In this document: piece after piece, positions 38,499-53,696 of the stretch
How positions within the stretch are numbered: the stretch's first letter is position 1
How the letters are laid out: every line of letters begins with the position of its first letter
NCBI GenBank assembly: GCA_040954595.2
Contig: CM082583.2
Location: 8,182,849 to 8,246,848, forward strand
Source: Balanoglossus misakiensis
Lineage: Eukaryota; Animalia; Hemichordata
DNA: 64,000 nt
Reading direction: 5' to 3'
Notes under the pieces: model-generated
Database searches by the model: none
Seen by the model: the letters and a program-made list of their open reading frames with translations, nothing else
What the model was told of the DNA's origin: nothing
Program-made: the position numbers and the translations under genes

Positions 38499-39851
38499 TT
38501 AATACCACCATGTCTTTGCAGGTTTTCTCGTCTCCACAATGCCCAATGCATCCATTAACTCCTCTTCTACAAATTTCAAGGATGGTTTATAAGTTCTCTT
38601 GGATACATGTTTTTCCACAGTGTCTTTTGGTTGCTCTGTAAACAGGAAGGTAGAAAATGGTCAGAAAATAACCCTGGCCAGCAATTCTAGGGGCAAGGTC
38701 AATTTTCTCTGGACGTAAAATGACAATCCCTTCAGTGACAATTTGTGCTTTGGACACCAATTCTCCTTACCAACATAATCGTCCCTTGATTTATATTCTG
38801 GATGTGCAAATGCTAAATCTGAAAACGGTATTATCCGGCCAGTTCTGACTGAAACTCGCACTTTTTCACCTTCCTCTGTATATTTCCACTCTATGTCCGT
38901 TGGTTTTCTACAGCAAAAAAAAAAAGAAAAAAGGAAAGGTATAACTATTCACTGACCGAGAAAGCAAGCAAATTAAATTTTCGACACGTTAACCCTTTCA
39001 CCCCTTGTTCTCTCTATAGAGATCCAACCTTACCACAGAAACCAATGGGTTTGGACTGAACCATTGCGGTTAAAGGGTCAAGGTACTGAGAATTACGAGG
39101 GACAGACTTACTCATCCGAAGGATCAACTAATGCTACTTCTCTGTGGAGGAGTGGTGCTTCACTCTTCACGTACATCCCTCTGTAACCTTCTGTCTTGCC
39201 AATGAACCTATAGTGCTGTGAAGGATAGAAATAGAAATGGTGTGAGGTTACACCAATAACAAAAAGTTCTTAGTACTTCTGTACTTTCCAATGAGACCAG
39301 TCTATCACATAGGAACTTCTACAGTACTTATTTATAAATAGTGTCAAATTTCATATTGAAAAAGGTTAAATGTATGCATTAATCAATGTCCTTACACAAT
39401 TAAGACTGTCAACAACAACCCAGTTTCTTTCTCTTATAATATCTGATATTATCCCTTCTCTGCCAGCATCTCGTCCAGCCAATATATGTACCTGTGAAAC
39501 AAGAACAAAATTTTAATGTTCCCTTGTCCATTACATATCACTACAGTATGACAGGCCAACTACTTGAGAGAGCAAAGCCAGGTGACATCCAGAAAAAGTG
39601 AGAATGTATAATGTAAAGTACATTCTACGACTTACTCGGTCACCTCTGAAAAACTTCCACTCTTTTACCGGCTCTACGAGAACTTTTTGACGATTCTTTC
39701 CTGGCCAGTTGGCAAGTATGGACCCTTGTGTTTTGGGTTTAGACATCCCATAACGAAAGTGTCTATTGATCTTCTGCCACCAATTCTTTGCCCATGGATC
39801 ATCTGGTGGGAAACGCCCTACTCGCATCAGTAAATATGCTGTTAGTCTCAT
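38499..39851 (-). CDS. MRPL24: Mitochondrial ribosomal protein L24 (uL24m), 5 coding exons
   Basis: [14 protein letters not shown]|[13 protein letters not shown]...[12 protein letters not shown] (KOW motif), [35 protein letters not shown], and C-terminal KTWWY. Confidence 0.96.
38989..39081. mobile_element. ~90-bp MITE with piggyBac-like ends, in an MRPL24 intron
   Basis: ttaa|CCCTTT...AAAGGG|tcaa. A homologous copy lies at ~46638-46733 and a terminal fragment at ~10086-10101. Confidence 0.55.
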
Positions 39852-40310
39852 CTTTACTGAATAAGAGTTGCCAACATCTGAAAAGTCAGTTGTTTTTCTG
39901 CAAATAAATACAGAAAATGTTAAATCATGACAAAAGGACAGAATTGTAGTGATGTCATAATTTGCAGAACATCAGCAACCGACTGCATCATGATACTTGC
40001 ACAAGTTTGCAGGCTACTGATGCAGCTGCCCTGCCTGAGTATGTACGAGCATGTTCGGAGGAACTGTGATTATATTTAATCAGAAAAGTATGAGCAGTTT
40101 AGTACGAATAAATCTTTACCTTTTCACGACGAAGCCATGTTTCTTTTCAATCTCGTTGGGGTCAGAGGTCACGAGAACCCGCGAGACTTATACCCTATCA
40201 TGACCTTTGATGTTCGGGTCAAGTAGCAGTAGATGTTTGCCAAAGAGCGGCGAACTCGCAATCGGCAGAGAATGCACTGAACTTTTCTCTTGAAAAACAG
40301 AACGTACCCG

Positions 40311-44381
<4,071 letters not shown>

Positions 44382-46383
44382 CAGCATTGTTTTGAGTTTC
44401 TGATTCACGAAAATTCTGTGTTTTCCTGATAAAAAAAAGAAGACGAAAAAATTTAGTTTTTTAAACTGTGCTTGAAAGAAATGTTTTAAAATCGTGATTC
44501 CCAAAGGTCAGTACTGAGTAATCAAATTGGAAAGCTTCCTTAGATCTTTCCCGGGTAAGGAATTAATCCAGATGTATCCCAGACTTCCGTATCATAAGTG
44601 AGACAACTGGAGGTTGTTGCTGAGGTCTAAACCAAACCCTCAACTGAAGAAAGGTGACAGTTGTATCGTGTGAACAATTTTGAGATTGTCAGCCTCAGAT
44701 CACTATACTAACCGTCTAGTTTCAGAAATGTTTTTAAAACCAGACCATGGCATTCAGATGGACATGATGGTAATACATAGAGATACTTCAGCCAGCCATG
44801 AAACCAAGTGAAGGCCGGGTAATGAATGAACATCAGAGGGTGTGCCTCCAACGTGTGCCTTTTGTGGCATCTTCAGAACAAGATCAGCTTATTCTGTCCA
44901 AACGCATCAAATTAGGAACATAGATATATAAAATACTGTTCGAATGTTATTGATTGTTGCATGTATTATGCAGATATTCTTGACGCTTCATCACATTTGT
45001 TTACTTGTTAGTTTGTACACGGTGTAAGCCATAACGCACAACTTGGAGAGCTGCTCTTGGCCTGAGGCATCATGGCTTGTTTTATTCCAAGGGGGCAAGT
45101 TCAAGGTCTATTGAAGGAGACTAGGCATGAATCCTGGTGTCCGTGCTTCAGATACTTTCAGTTTAGCTTTCACTGGACATCTATCAGTTCCTAGCGGGCG
45201 AATCAAAATTTTATTGTAAATCAACTCACAGACATTCACTAATAACTTCCAGTGTACATTTTGAAACTTACTTCCCAGAAAATTTAATATGAATATTTTT
45301 GTAGAGAGAACTTGTGACAAAAATGCGATTATGTGGACTCATTGGTGGAGATATTTTAAAAATAATTGATAATGAGTTATTTTAGAATCGTTTAATAGCA
45401 ATTATTTTAGCAGTGTGTTTTATAGAGATGTTATTTGTCAAAATATTGACTCCTGAAAAATTGATGTGTTACTGTGGTATTTGACTTTGAGTATGTGAAA
45501 TTTGTTATTAAGCTTAAATTTTCAATGGGTTGTGTCATATTATGTAATTTGTCTTGTTTGCTGATTGATAAATCTGTGACATTTTGACCATAAAAATCAA
45601 CAAAAGAGTTCTCGTTTTACTACAGAAGTTGTGAATATATCAAAAGCACAGATTTCACAAAAGTGACATGAAATGCTAACCAAAATGTGTTTCATTGGAA
45701 GTAATATGTATTAAAATCCTGTCCAGTGGAACAGAAATGGATCTGATATTATTTGGCATGTTTGCAGTTTCCGTGGTTTCTGACCTGGACATACATAAGA
45801 TCATCCACTTTGAAGGCAGGAATAATGAAGAGCGCCCCCGAGCGATAGAGTATCTCGGAATGCGCCCCCAGTACCGAGGACCAAGTAAATACCCAAACTT
45901 TACCCTCAATGAAGGCATAATCACTACCGGACCAGATAGGAAAACTTGTATCAGGGTAGCATTACAACCAGTCTATTGATGACATTATTATTGTGTAGCA
46001 TTTTTGATGACTTGTAGTGACAATACAGGACCCAGTTTTGGAGAAAATCTCTTGATAAAATCCGACTTTGTGTACATTCTACATACTGTAGTGAAACCAA
46101 TTAACCCATCACTTTTCCCCGGATTCACAAGTTTGCCGTTTTGTCATATAAACAGTGTTCCCATAATTCCAAATATTCATGAAATTTCAAAGGACAGTGC
46201 TACACCTTTCTTCAAAAAAGATTGATCATCCCATCAAACACTATAATTGTTTGAATATCTTTCTCAGAGAAAGCGTCACGGAATTTCCACCGGTTCTATT
46301 TATAGAAATAGACTTTGATTATCGTGACTATTGCTTGCCCCTTACCCATGCAGTACCAGTGAAGTGTGAACTAGTCTCTCAAC

Positions 46384-48260
46384 ATGGCGGCAACAACTGT
46401 GTTGAGTGTGCTAAGCGGCATAGACAAGGTCTTGTCCGCTCTTTCCGTGGGTCTTGCGAGCGAGGAATGGGAAAGTATGTGCAAGTCTCTTCGTGAGTTC
46501 GGCGATGTGTTATGTGGAATCGTTGATGCCTCCGAACAGAGCAGGGTTGTTCGTCAGCTGGCCTACGACGCGGTCTTTAAGGTGAAAAACTCCCTGCAAG
46601 ATATTCTCGACGAATCGATGATTCACAGGTGAGTCCCTTAAACCCGTTCACCCCAGTTCCCTCATTAGAGGTCCAACCTTATACCATATAGAAAACAATG
46701 GGATTGGATGAACCATTGTAGTGAAAGGACTAACCTGGAACTTGGATCGTTCAGTATTGTGCTATTTCCCCAGAAATCATCAGAAATTAGTGTCTTGCAG
46801 CAAAGGAGACCCATTCCCTTTCCCAATTAAGAAAATCGGCAATTTAATTTAATTTAACTTACAGAGAATTATGATGTGGTTCTTTCAGACAGTCGCATCA
46901 AGAGTGTCAGGAAATCGTTAAACGTCTTGAGGACACCATAAAGTTTGAACAAATGCCAATCAGTGATTTTCTTGAGGAGCACAAGATATCGCAATATGGG
47001 CAACTATTCACGGACGAAGAAGTTGAATATGTCGGGGAAATTATAGAGGGTGATAATGAAGAGAAGATGCTAAAGGCTGTTAAGCCTCAGATGAAAATAG
47101 GATCATTTTCAAGATTTAAGAAGAACATCAAAAAAGCAAGTGAGTGTTGTTGTTTTTTGTAATCGTGTAAAACTTTGACGGTTTGATTATAGGTTATGAC
47201 CATACGATATGAGTTTGATCCTACGATATCAGGTATTTCAAGGCTTTTACTCGAAAAATAATATCGTCCGTTCAAACGATTATTCGATAAATCCAAATCA
47301 ATCAAATTAAAGAGGCTTGAAAAAACCCACACCGATCTTTCAAGTTTTTGTAACGAAAGACAAGAGAGAATTGGGTCGGTGCATATAATGTTAACTTGTC
47401 AATACTTTCCAGAACTATCCATAGATTACATCGAGCATAAAATGGAAGAAGACCTTGGTATTTTGGAGAAGGCGTTTACTGAAGCTTCGAAAAAAATTGG
47501 TGCAAAACTAACGAGTTTCATCAATGACTTGGCTCCGGTTATACATAAACTGGTGGAAGTAATCAAGGATGAGGAAACCCGTATGACTCTTATTACTGGT
47601 GCAGCTATTTGCGCTGTCGCAATAGTCGGTTTGTCAATGGCTGGAACAGGGATAGGCTGTCTTGTATTCGGCATACCGGGACTGATTGCCATCTTCTCCG
47701 GCGGCGCATTGTCTTGTTCACCAATAGCCAGCTCCGCCATTGGAGTGATTGCATTGGCTGGGGTTGGTGTGGAAGCCGGTCTTGGAGGCTACGCCATCCA
47801 CAAAGCGAGACAAGGTGAGTGGAAATCTGCTTGCCTCTAATAAAATTGGACGCCCCCTTCTCAAATGTTTGTCTCCACCCCTGGCTTGCTGTTGATCCTA
47901 TGGCATTTCCGAACTACTATAAGTACACCACCATTACTTAGATTCCTTACTTTGCCAATTTACATTTCAGACATGAAGACAGATATTGGCAAATTAAAGA
48001 ATGCGGAGGAGATGGTTACCCAGTGGCAGCAAGCTTTGAGGGGCCAGTTCTTGAAATGGAGGGAACTTCTATCCACATTTAAAGAGCTCTTCCAGGATCT
48101 CAGGAAACACCACAAACAATACAAAAATCAGCAAAGTCAAATTGGCGCACAGTTTGCACGCACCAATGACATCCTCAATGACGCATTGAAGCAAACCAAT
48201 GAGTTCGAACGCATGATCAAAGCTCTACGAGACAAGAAAGTCGACAATGTCCATTATTGA
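46384..48260 (+). CDS. Uncharacterised 395-aa protein, paralog A: helical N-terminus, SAM-like domain, hydrophobic hairpin, amphipathic helices. Exons 46384-46628, 46889-47139, 47413-47814, 47971-48260
   Basis: Four GT-AG exons join into an open 1188-nt frame with good start context (caacATGG). Collinear homology and identical intron phases with paralog B. Confidence 0.85.
46638..46733. mobile_element. Second copy of the ~90-bp piggyBac-like MITE, in intron 1 of paralog A
   Basis: aacccgttcacccc...agaggtccaacctta...caatgggattgga-tgaaccattg...gtgaaagg aligns with 38991-39077. Confidence 0.55.
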
Positions 48261-48498
48261 ACGGTCTGTTTGATGTATAGGTCATATTTCAAACATATTT
48301 CAAACCCGCCATCGCGCCATCTTCTCCAAACAATACCATGTGATGATGTCTTCAAAACGCGTGCGGGTTTTCACTGAACGTGATGATATTATCCAGATTC
48401 TTAGGTGTATAGGAATATGTGTTTTTTTCTATACTAGTCACATCCGTTGATAAGCAACTTAACAGGAAATAAGTTTTAATGATAACCACTAAGGGAAG

Positions 48499-50283
48499 AG
48501 ATGAAGAATCTTTAATTTTTCTTCGAATAATTTGAATACCTTTGATATCGTAAACCCAGAACACCAAAGATGTAGTTTCTGTATATCTACGCTTCCAGAT
48601 TTCCACACTTTATCCTGCGTTGGGATTGAAGTTATATGATGTGAAAATTATATACTGCAGTGTTGCGTGTGCTGTAATTTTGAGATTCCGAAATAGACGT
48701 GTGGTATCCATTCTATATGTTCTTTCTTTTTCGACAACTCACCCCACTCAGCTTCCTCTTTTGTTAATAGTCACGCAACTACTTGTATCAACTATGGCAA
48801 ATATTTTTGTTCTGTTTACTTTGTACCCAAACATTTGACATGACTTAGATTTATATTGTACACTTGCCTCTTATCAGCCAAAACTTTTGGCAGGCGTTTG
48901 TAAAAGCAGTAACCTTTGACACATTGTAGTTGACTACCGCTTTGATGTGACGTTCTTATATACCTTTAACTCTGGCTCAGAAATGCCGACCACTTTTAAT
49001 CAAATTGCTGTAGAGTGGTGTGATTACCATTTTTGTTGTTTTTCCTGCATAAATATAACATCGCATGCACTGTAATAGGGAGTTTGCACTTGTTGTTCAA
49101 TTGCTATCTTACCCAATTTTTAAAAAATATATTCTAATATCACTGCACTGTCATATATGTCATATGTTTTGTGATCTTTAAAATGTAAACTTAAAATAAG
49201 GCAAATAACGCACTTCCGCATTGGAATAAAGACCATTTTTGCGATAATTTTATCTTTACAAGAGGAAATAAAAAGAAACGTACTTTTTGAACGGATGCTC
49301 TGCATTTCTATGTACGTTGGTCTTCTTATGCTGTCCAGATTCAGAAAGTACTTCCACCTAGGCAAACCAGCATGCAAACAGTAAATTTATTTCTTTGTCA
49401 TCATAAACTGGAAAGAGAATCAGATGAAGAATTTTAATTTTATTTTTTGGAATAATTTGAATACTTTCGATATCGTAAACCCAGAACACCTTGGATGTAG
49501 TTGCTTTAAACTACGCTTCCAGATTTCCACGCGTTATCTTGTGTTGAGATTGAGGTTAGTGATGTGAACATTATATATTATTTATATATTATATACTGCA
49601 ATGTTGCGTGTGCTGTAATTTTGAGATTCCAAAATAGACGTGCGGTATCCATTCTACTGTTCTTTCTTTTTCGACAAGTCACCCCACTCAGATTCCTCTT
49701 TTGTTAATAGTCACGCAACTGGTTGTATCAACTAGGGCAAATATTGATTGTTCTGTTTTGTACTCATAAATTTGTGTGCGGCCACGGTTGGTAAATGAGC
49801 CGCTCAGCCAACCTTTGACACAACAGTGATTCATAATGTACACCTGCATTCATCAGCTAGCCAATCTTTGACATTTTTATTAGTTGACTCTCTGGTTGCC
49901 CTGTTGGTCATGATAAGCACCTTCAACTCTAGTTTAAAATTTATGGGCTCTTTCGGTTTCATAGCGCTTTACTTTTATACAATTGCTGTGGTGTAGTGTG
50001 GTTTCCATTTTGTTGATCATCATTCTGCAATTGGACCCAATTTTAAATTTTAATATCACTCCACTGTCATATGTCGTTGTGAACTTTAAAAGGTGAACTT
50101 AAAATAAAATAAATGCTGAATAACTTTAAATGAGGAAACATTAAAAGAAACCACCAAATCATGAATAGAAACGTGACATTTTAAAACTTAATCACTGCAC
50201 TTCTATGTTGAACTTCTGACACTGTCCGGATTCAGAAAGTAAGCAGTAAAATTTATATTATATGCTTCTTTGTCATGATAAAA
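48499..50283. repeat. Tandem duplication of a ~0.9-kb non-coding unit (48499-~49421 and 49422-~50283)
   Basis: Shared blocks gatatcgtaaacccagaacacc, tgttgcgtgtgctgtaattttgagattcc, ttcctcttttgttaatagtcacgcaact, taatatcact.cactgtcatat and ctgtcc.gattcagaaagta at ~890-920-bp spacing. Confidence 0.92.
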
Positions 50284-50412
50284 TGTTGCATAGGACACAT
50301 CTTGACAGACACCTGAAAAAAAAGACCTCAAACTGCAGTTAAGTGTTCGCCATAAATCAGCAGCTTGACCAGAAGTGTCCACGTGGGGGCGTCTCATTTG
50401 GAGTATTGCATA

Positions 50413-52813
50413 ATGGCCGAAGGTAAGCCATTGGATTCTCTGTGCAGACAATTGGCTGAATTGGGAACTGGTCTGAAGGAAGATGAGTGGAAAGGTATTC
50501 ACAAGTCGCTGGCGGATTTTGGAGACGTTTTGCAGTCTCTCGGGGAAGCCTCGAAACGAAGCGCTACCGTCAGACAGACAGCACGAGATGCCTTGCACAA
50601 AGTCAAGAATTCGATGCGCCACATTATTGACGAGACAGCTATGGTCAGGTACCGGTATTCAGTGTCTGTATCTATAGCTCATATTTTACCTGAGTTGATT
50701 TGATCTGTCATTATTATTGCTTCGTCGGGGGTTCAGAGTGCGAAGGTCGCGTGATATTAACCTTTGCCGCCTGGGAATCAATTCACCAAGAAGTACTGAC
50801 TGGGTGCAGTAACGCAGCAATCGTAATCGTGAACGGGACCAACAAGAACTTGAAGACCAAAGTTTCAAATCTCCATTTAATACACTTCGCAAAACCGCGT
50901 CTTATATACAATATTCCGAGTCATAACTTTACACAGTGTAAAATATCTTACAGGAAGTAAATTCTAATTCGCTGCAATGGGTACATGTATACCACATTTT
51001 GCTAACACACAGCTTTTGTGGCCTTGTGGTTAGGGGTGGCTTTTTCTCTCTGAGGATGGTGAATTATGGCCGCGATGTTTTGCCCTTTACCTCTCCAGGA
51101 GCGGTGGGTACCTCATCCTGCAGTTCGCCCTTTGGATGAAGAAGTGGAATGAAATTAAAATAAATTAAACAAACCCGACTTTTATGGTAAATTACAAGAG
51201 TACGAGGGTTAATGAATCGAAAACAGCAACATCTCTTCACAACAATGTTTTTCTGGCAGATACTGTCGACAGCGATGTTTGGAAATAGTTGATACTTTGG
51301 AAGTAGCTGTGAAGTTCCAGCAGCTGAAAATTGAAGATTTTCTGTCCTCGTTACACCTGACCAATTACCTTCCCTTGTTCAAGACACTGGAAGAGGTTAA
51401 CCATGCTGGCGAACTTCTTGATGTGCCTATTCATGACCTCAGAACGGCCTTCGAGCCTTATATGGAATATGAAGCATTTTCAAAACTGCGAAAGGCAATC
51501 TTGGAAAAGAGTTAGTATATTAATATCTATTTCACATGACTAAATGATAGCTGGTATATCCAACATATCAATACACTGTGCGTCTAAATACATTATTTAG
51601 AAATTTATATATGGCTGATTTGTTGGTGTTTTTTTTTCTAGAAAGTATCGTGCATTATATTGAGAATGATATGGAACCAGAGCTGAAGAACATGGAAGTC
51701 CTATTTGCAAAGTCGTCTGCTAAGATACAGGAAAGACTGGCCCGCTTCATAGACGACCTGACTCCAGTTTTAGCAGAACTCCTCGAACAGGTCGAGGCCC
51801 ACGATGAGAAGAGGAAAGGGGCCATAATCGCTGGCGGAATTGCACTGGCAGTTGCCGTGGGGTTTCTTGCCCTTGGCGGCATAGGGATCGCACTCTTCGC
51901 CGCAGGAGTGGCGTGCCTGGCGCCGGTGATATCTGGCGGGGTAGCATTGGCAGCTGGAGCCACGGCCGGCGCTGTGGGCGGATATAATGTTCACAAGGCC
52001 ATCAAGGGTGAGAAGAAAATGATCCCATTTTTCACATGAAAACTAAAACGACTCGACAGAACATATTTCATATTTGTCGTCTACAAGTTGTAGACGACAA
52101 TTTTATATGTCCGTGTGCATGGCGAATAATTTTGTTGCAACGGAGGTCAAAAGGGTTGGACACCAAATTATCGACTCGAAATATCAGTTTGCCCCGCTCT
52201 CCTTAGAGCAGTCAGGAGCTTTATTAATTTTCATAATGTTGCGTGTTATCGTAATATAAGAACCCAAATCCTCAAATTTTCCTCTCAGAAGCGGGGAATT
52301 GTAAGGAGTTTGGGGGAGATACAGATAACACAGCCAGGATACATCGTATTAAAAACTTGTCTTTTTCTCAGGAGGGAGGTAACTTAACAACTTGAAGGGA
52401 AACATCAATGGAACCGTATCTCCTCTTTATCATGATAGTATTTATAGATGTATTGCATGCAATCATGTTACGCTTCCCCTGGACTGGATTCTATGTAGTA
52501 CACAAACTTGGCATCGTTGTATATTTCGATTACAGAAGCAAAAGAGGTGGAAACCTTGAATACTTCATTGGAAGTCGTCACACAGTGGCAACAGGATCTG
52601 CGATCACAGTTCCTACAGTGGCGACGAGTCATGAGCACCTTCGGAAACATCTACCACGACTTGAAGAAAGATCGCGAAAAGTTCAAATATGAAGAAGACA
52701 ACATGGAGGATCTCTTTGTGGCGACCAGGCAACTTCTTTGGGAAGCGGTCATACAGACCGGAGAGTTTGAGACACAGATCGAGAAACTCAGGGACAAGAA
52801 AATAAATATTTAA
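50413..52813 (+). CDS. Uncharacterised 376-aa protein, paralog B of 46384-48260. Exons 50413-50648, 51260-51510, 51642-52007, 52536-52813
   Basis: Open 1131-nt spliced frame. GLKEDEWKGIHKSLADFGDVL matches GLASEEWESMCKSLREFGDVL, and VTQWQQDLRSQFLQWR matches VTQWQQALRGQFLKWR. SAM-like segment IEDFLSSLHLTNYLPLFKTLEEV...ELLDV...DL. Confidence 0.85.
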
Positions 52814-53696
52814 GGAGTGGGGTTTACAGGTTGTAAGACTGCAGACAATGCGAGACTTTTGAACTCAGGTAGCTTGTCATTAAGTGGTGTTAGCACTGGG
52901 ATTTCTTGAAATTACGAACATGGTACGTATACTTGCAATAAATAAAATCGGGTGATTGTGGCCCACTACCTCAGAGCTGTAACGATGCATTGCAGTGTAC
53001 GTAAAGGAGAGACACTTGTGACCTGTGTAGATCATCCTCGGTTGATCTAACCGAACATTTACAAGAAGAACCGGATATTGGACACTTTGGATTTGGACAT
53101 AGATTTCACAGGGAAAATGCAATATAGTGTGAAGAAACAGAGTATAGTTATTGCGGGGCGTAGAGAAACCTCGAAATTGATAATTTACCTTCAATTAATA
53201 CATTCTCGAATGTTTCTTGACTTTTAATCAAGTGTAAGTCATTCAAGATTCCCTATTCACTTGAACATACTAACGAATTGGAAGGTTTGAAGGACTATCA
53301 TTTTGTTCTGAAAATTTTAAAAGTTCATACTCATGTCTATGGCCTGGGTTATGCTACAATAAAGTGTACCAGATATGAACGGAGTGTGCTTTCGTGATTT
53401 GAAATGTTTGTATTTAGGCCTATGACTGAAACGAGCAGACCCTCCCCTCTCTTTGAGGCTTACAAAAATACCTGACCCTCCCCTTTGAACTAACTTTTAA
53501 AGAGAAGAAAATCATCTGGACGATGTAAATCAAAGTAACATTCGGTCACCTCTACCCCATTGTACCTTACATATGCCTACATATGGTCGAAAAGGCGTGT
53601 CTAAATCTTCGAACCACCATACATTGACCGCCTACCTTGAGCTGAGGGCTCCACATTTTGAATACACTAACCTAGGTGGTCCCATCCTGTGCCAAC

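Noticed and set aside
45977-45982. Tandem TGA codons as possible selenocysteine or readthrough site
   Set aside because: No SECIS-like structure recognised downstream and no selenoprotein-like context.
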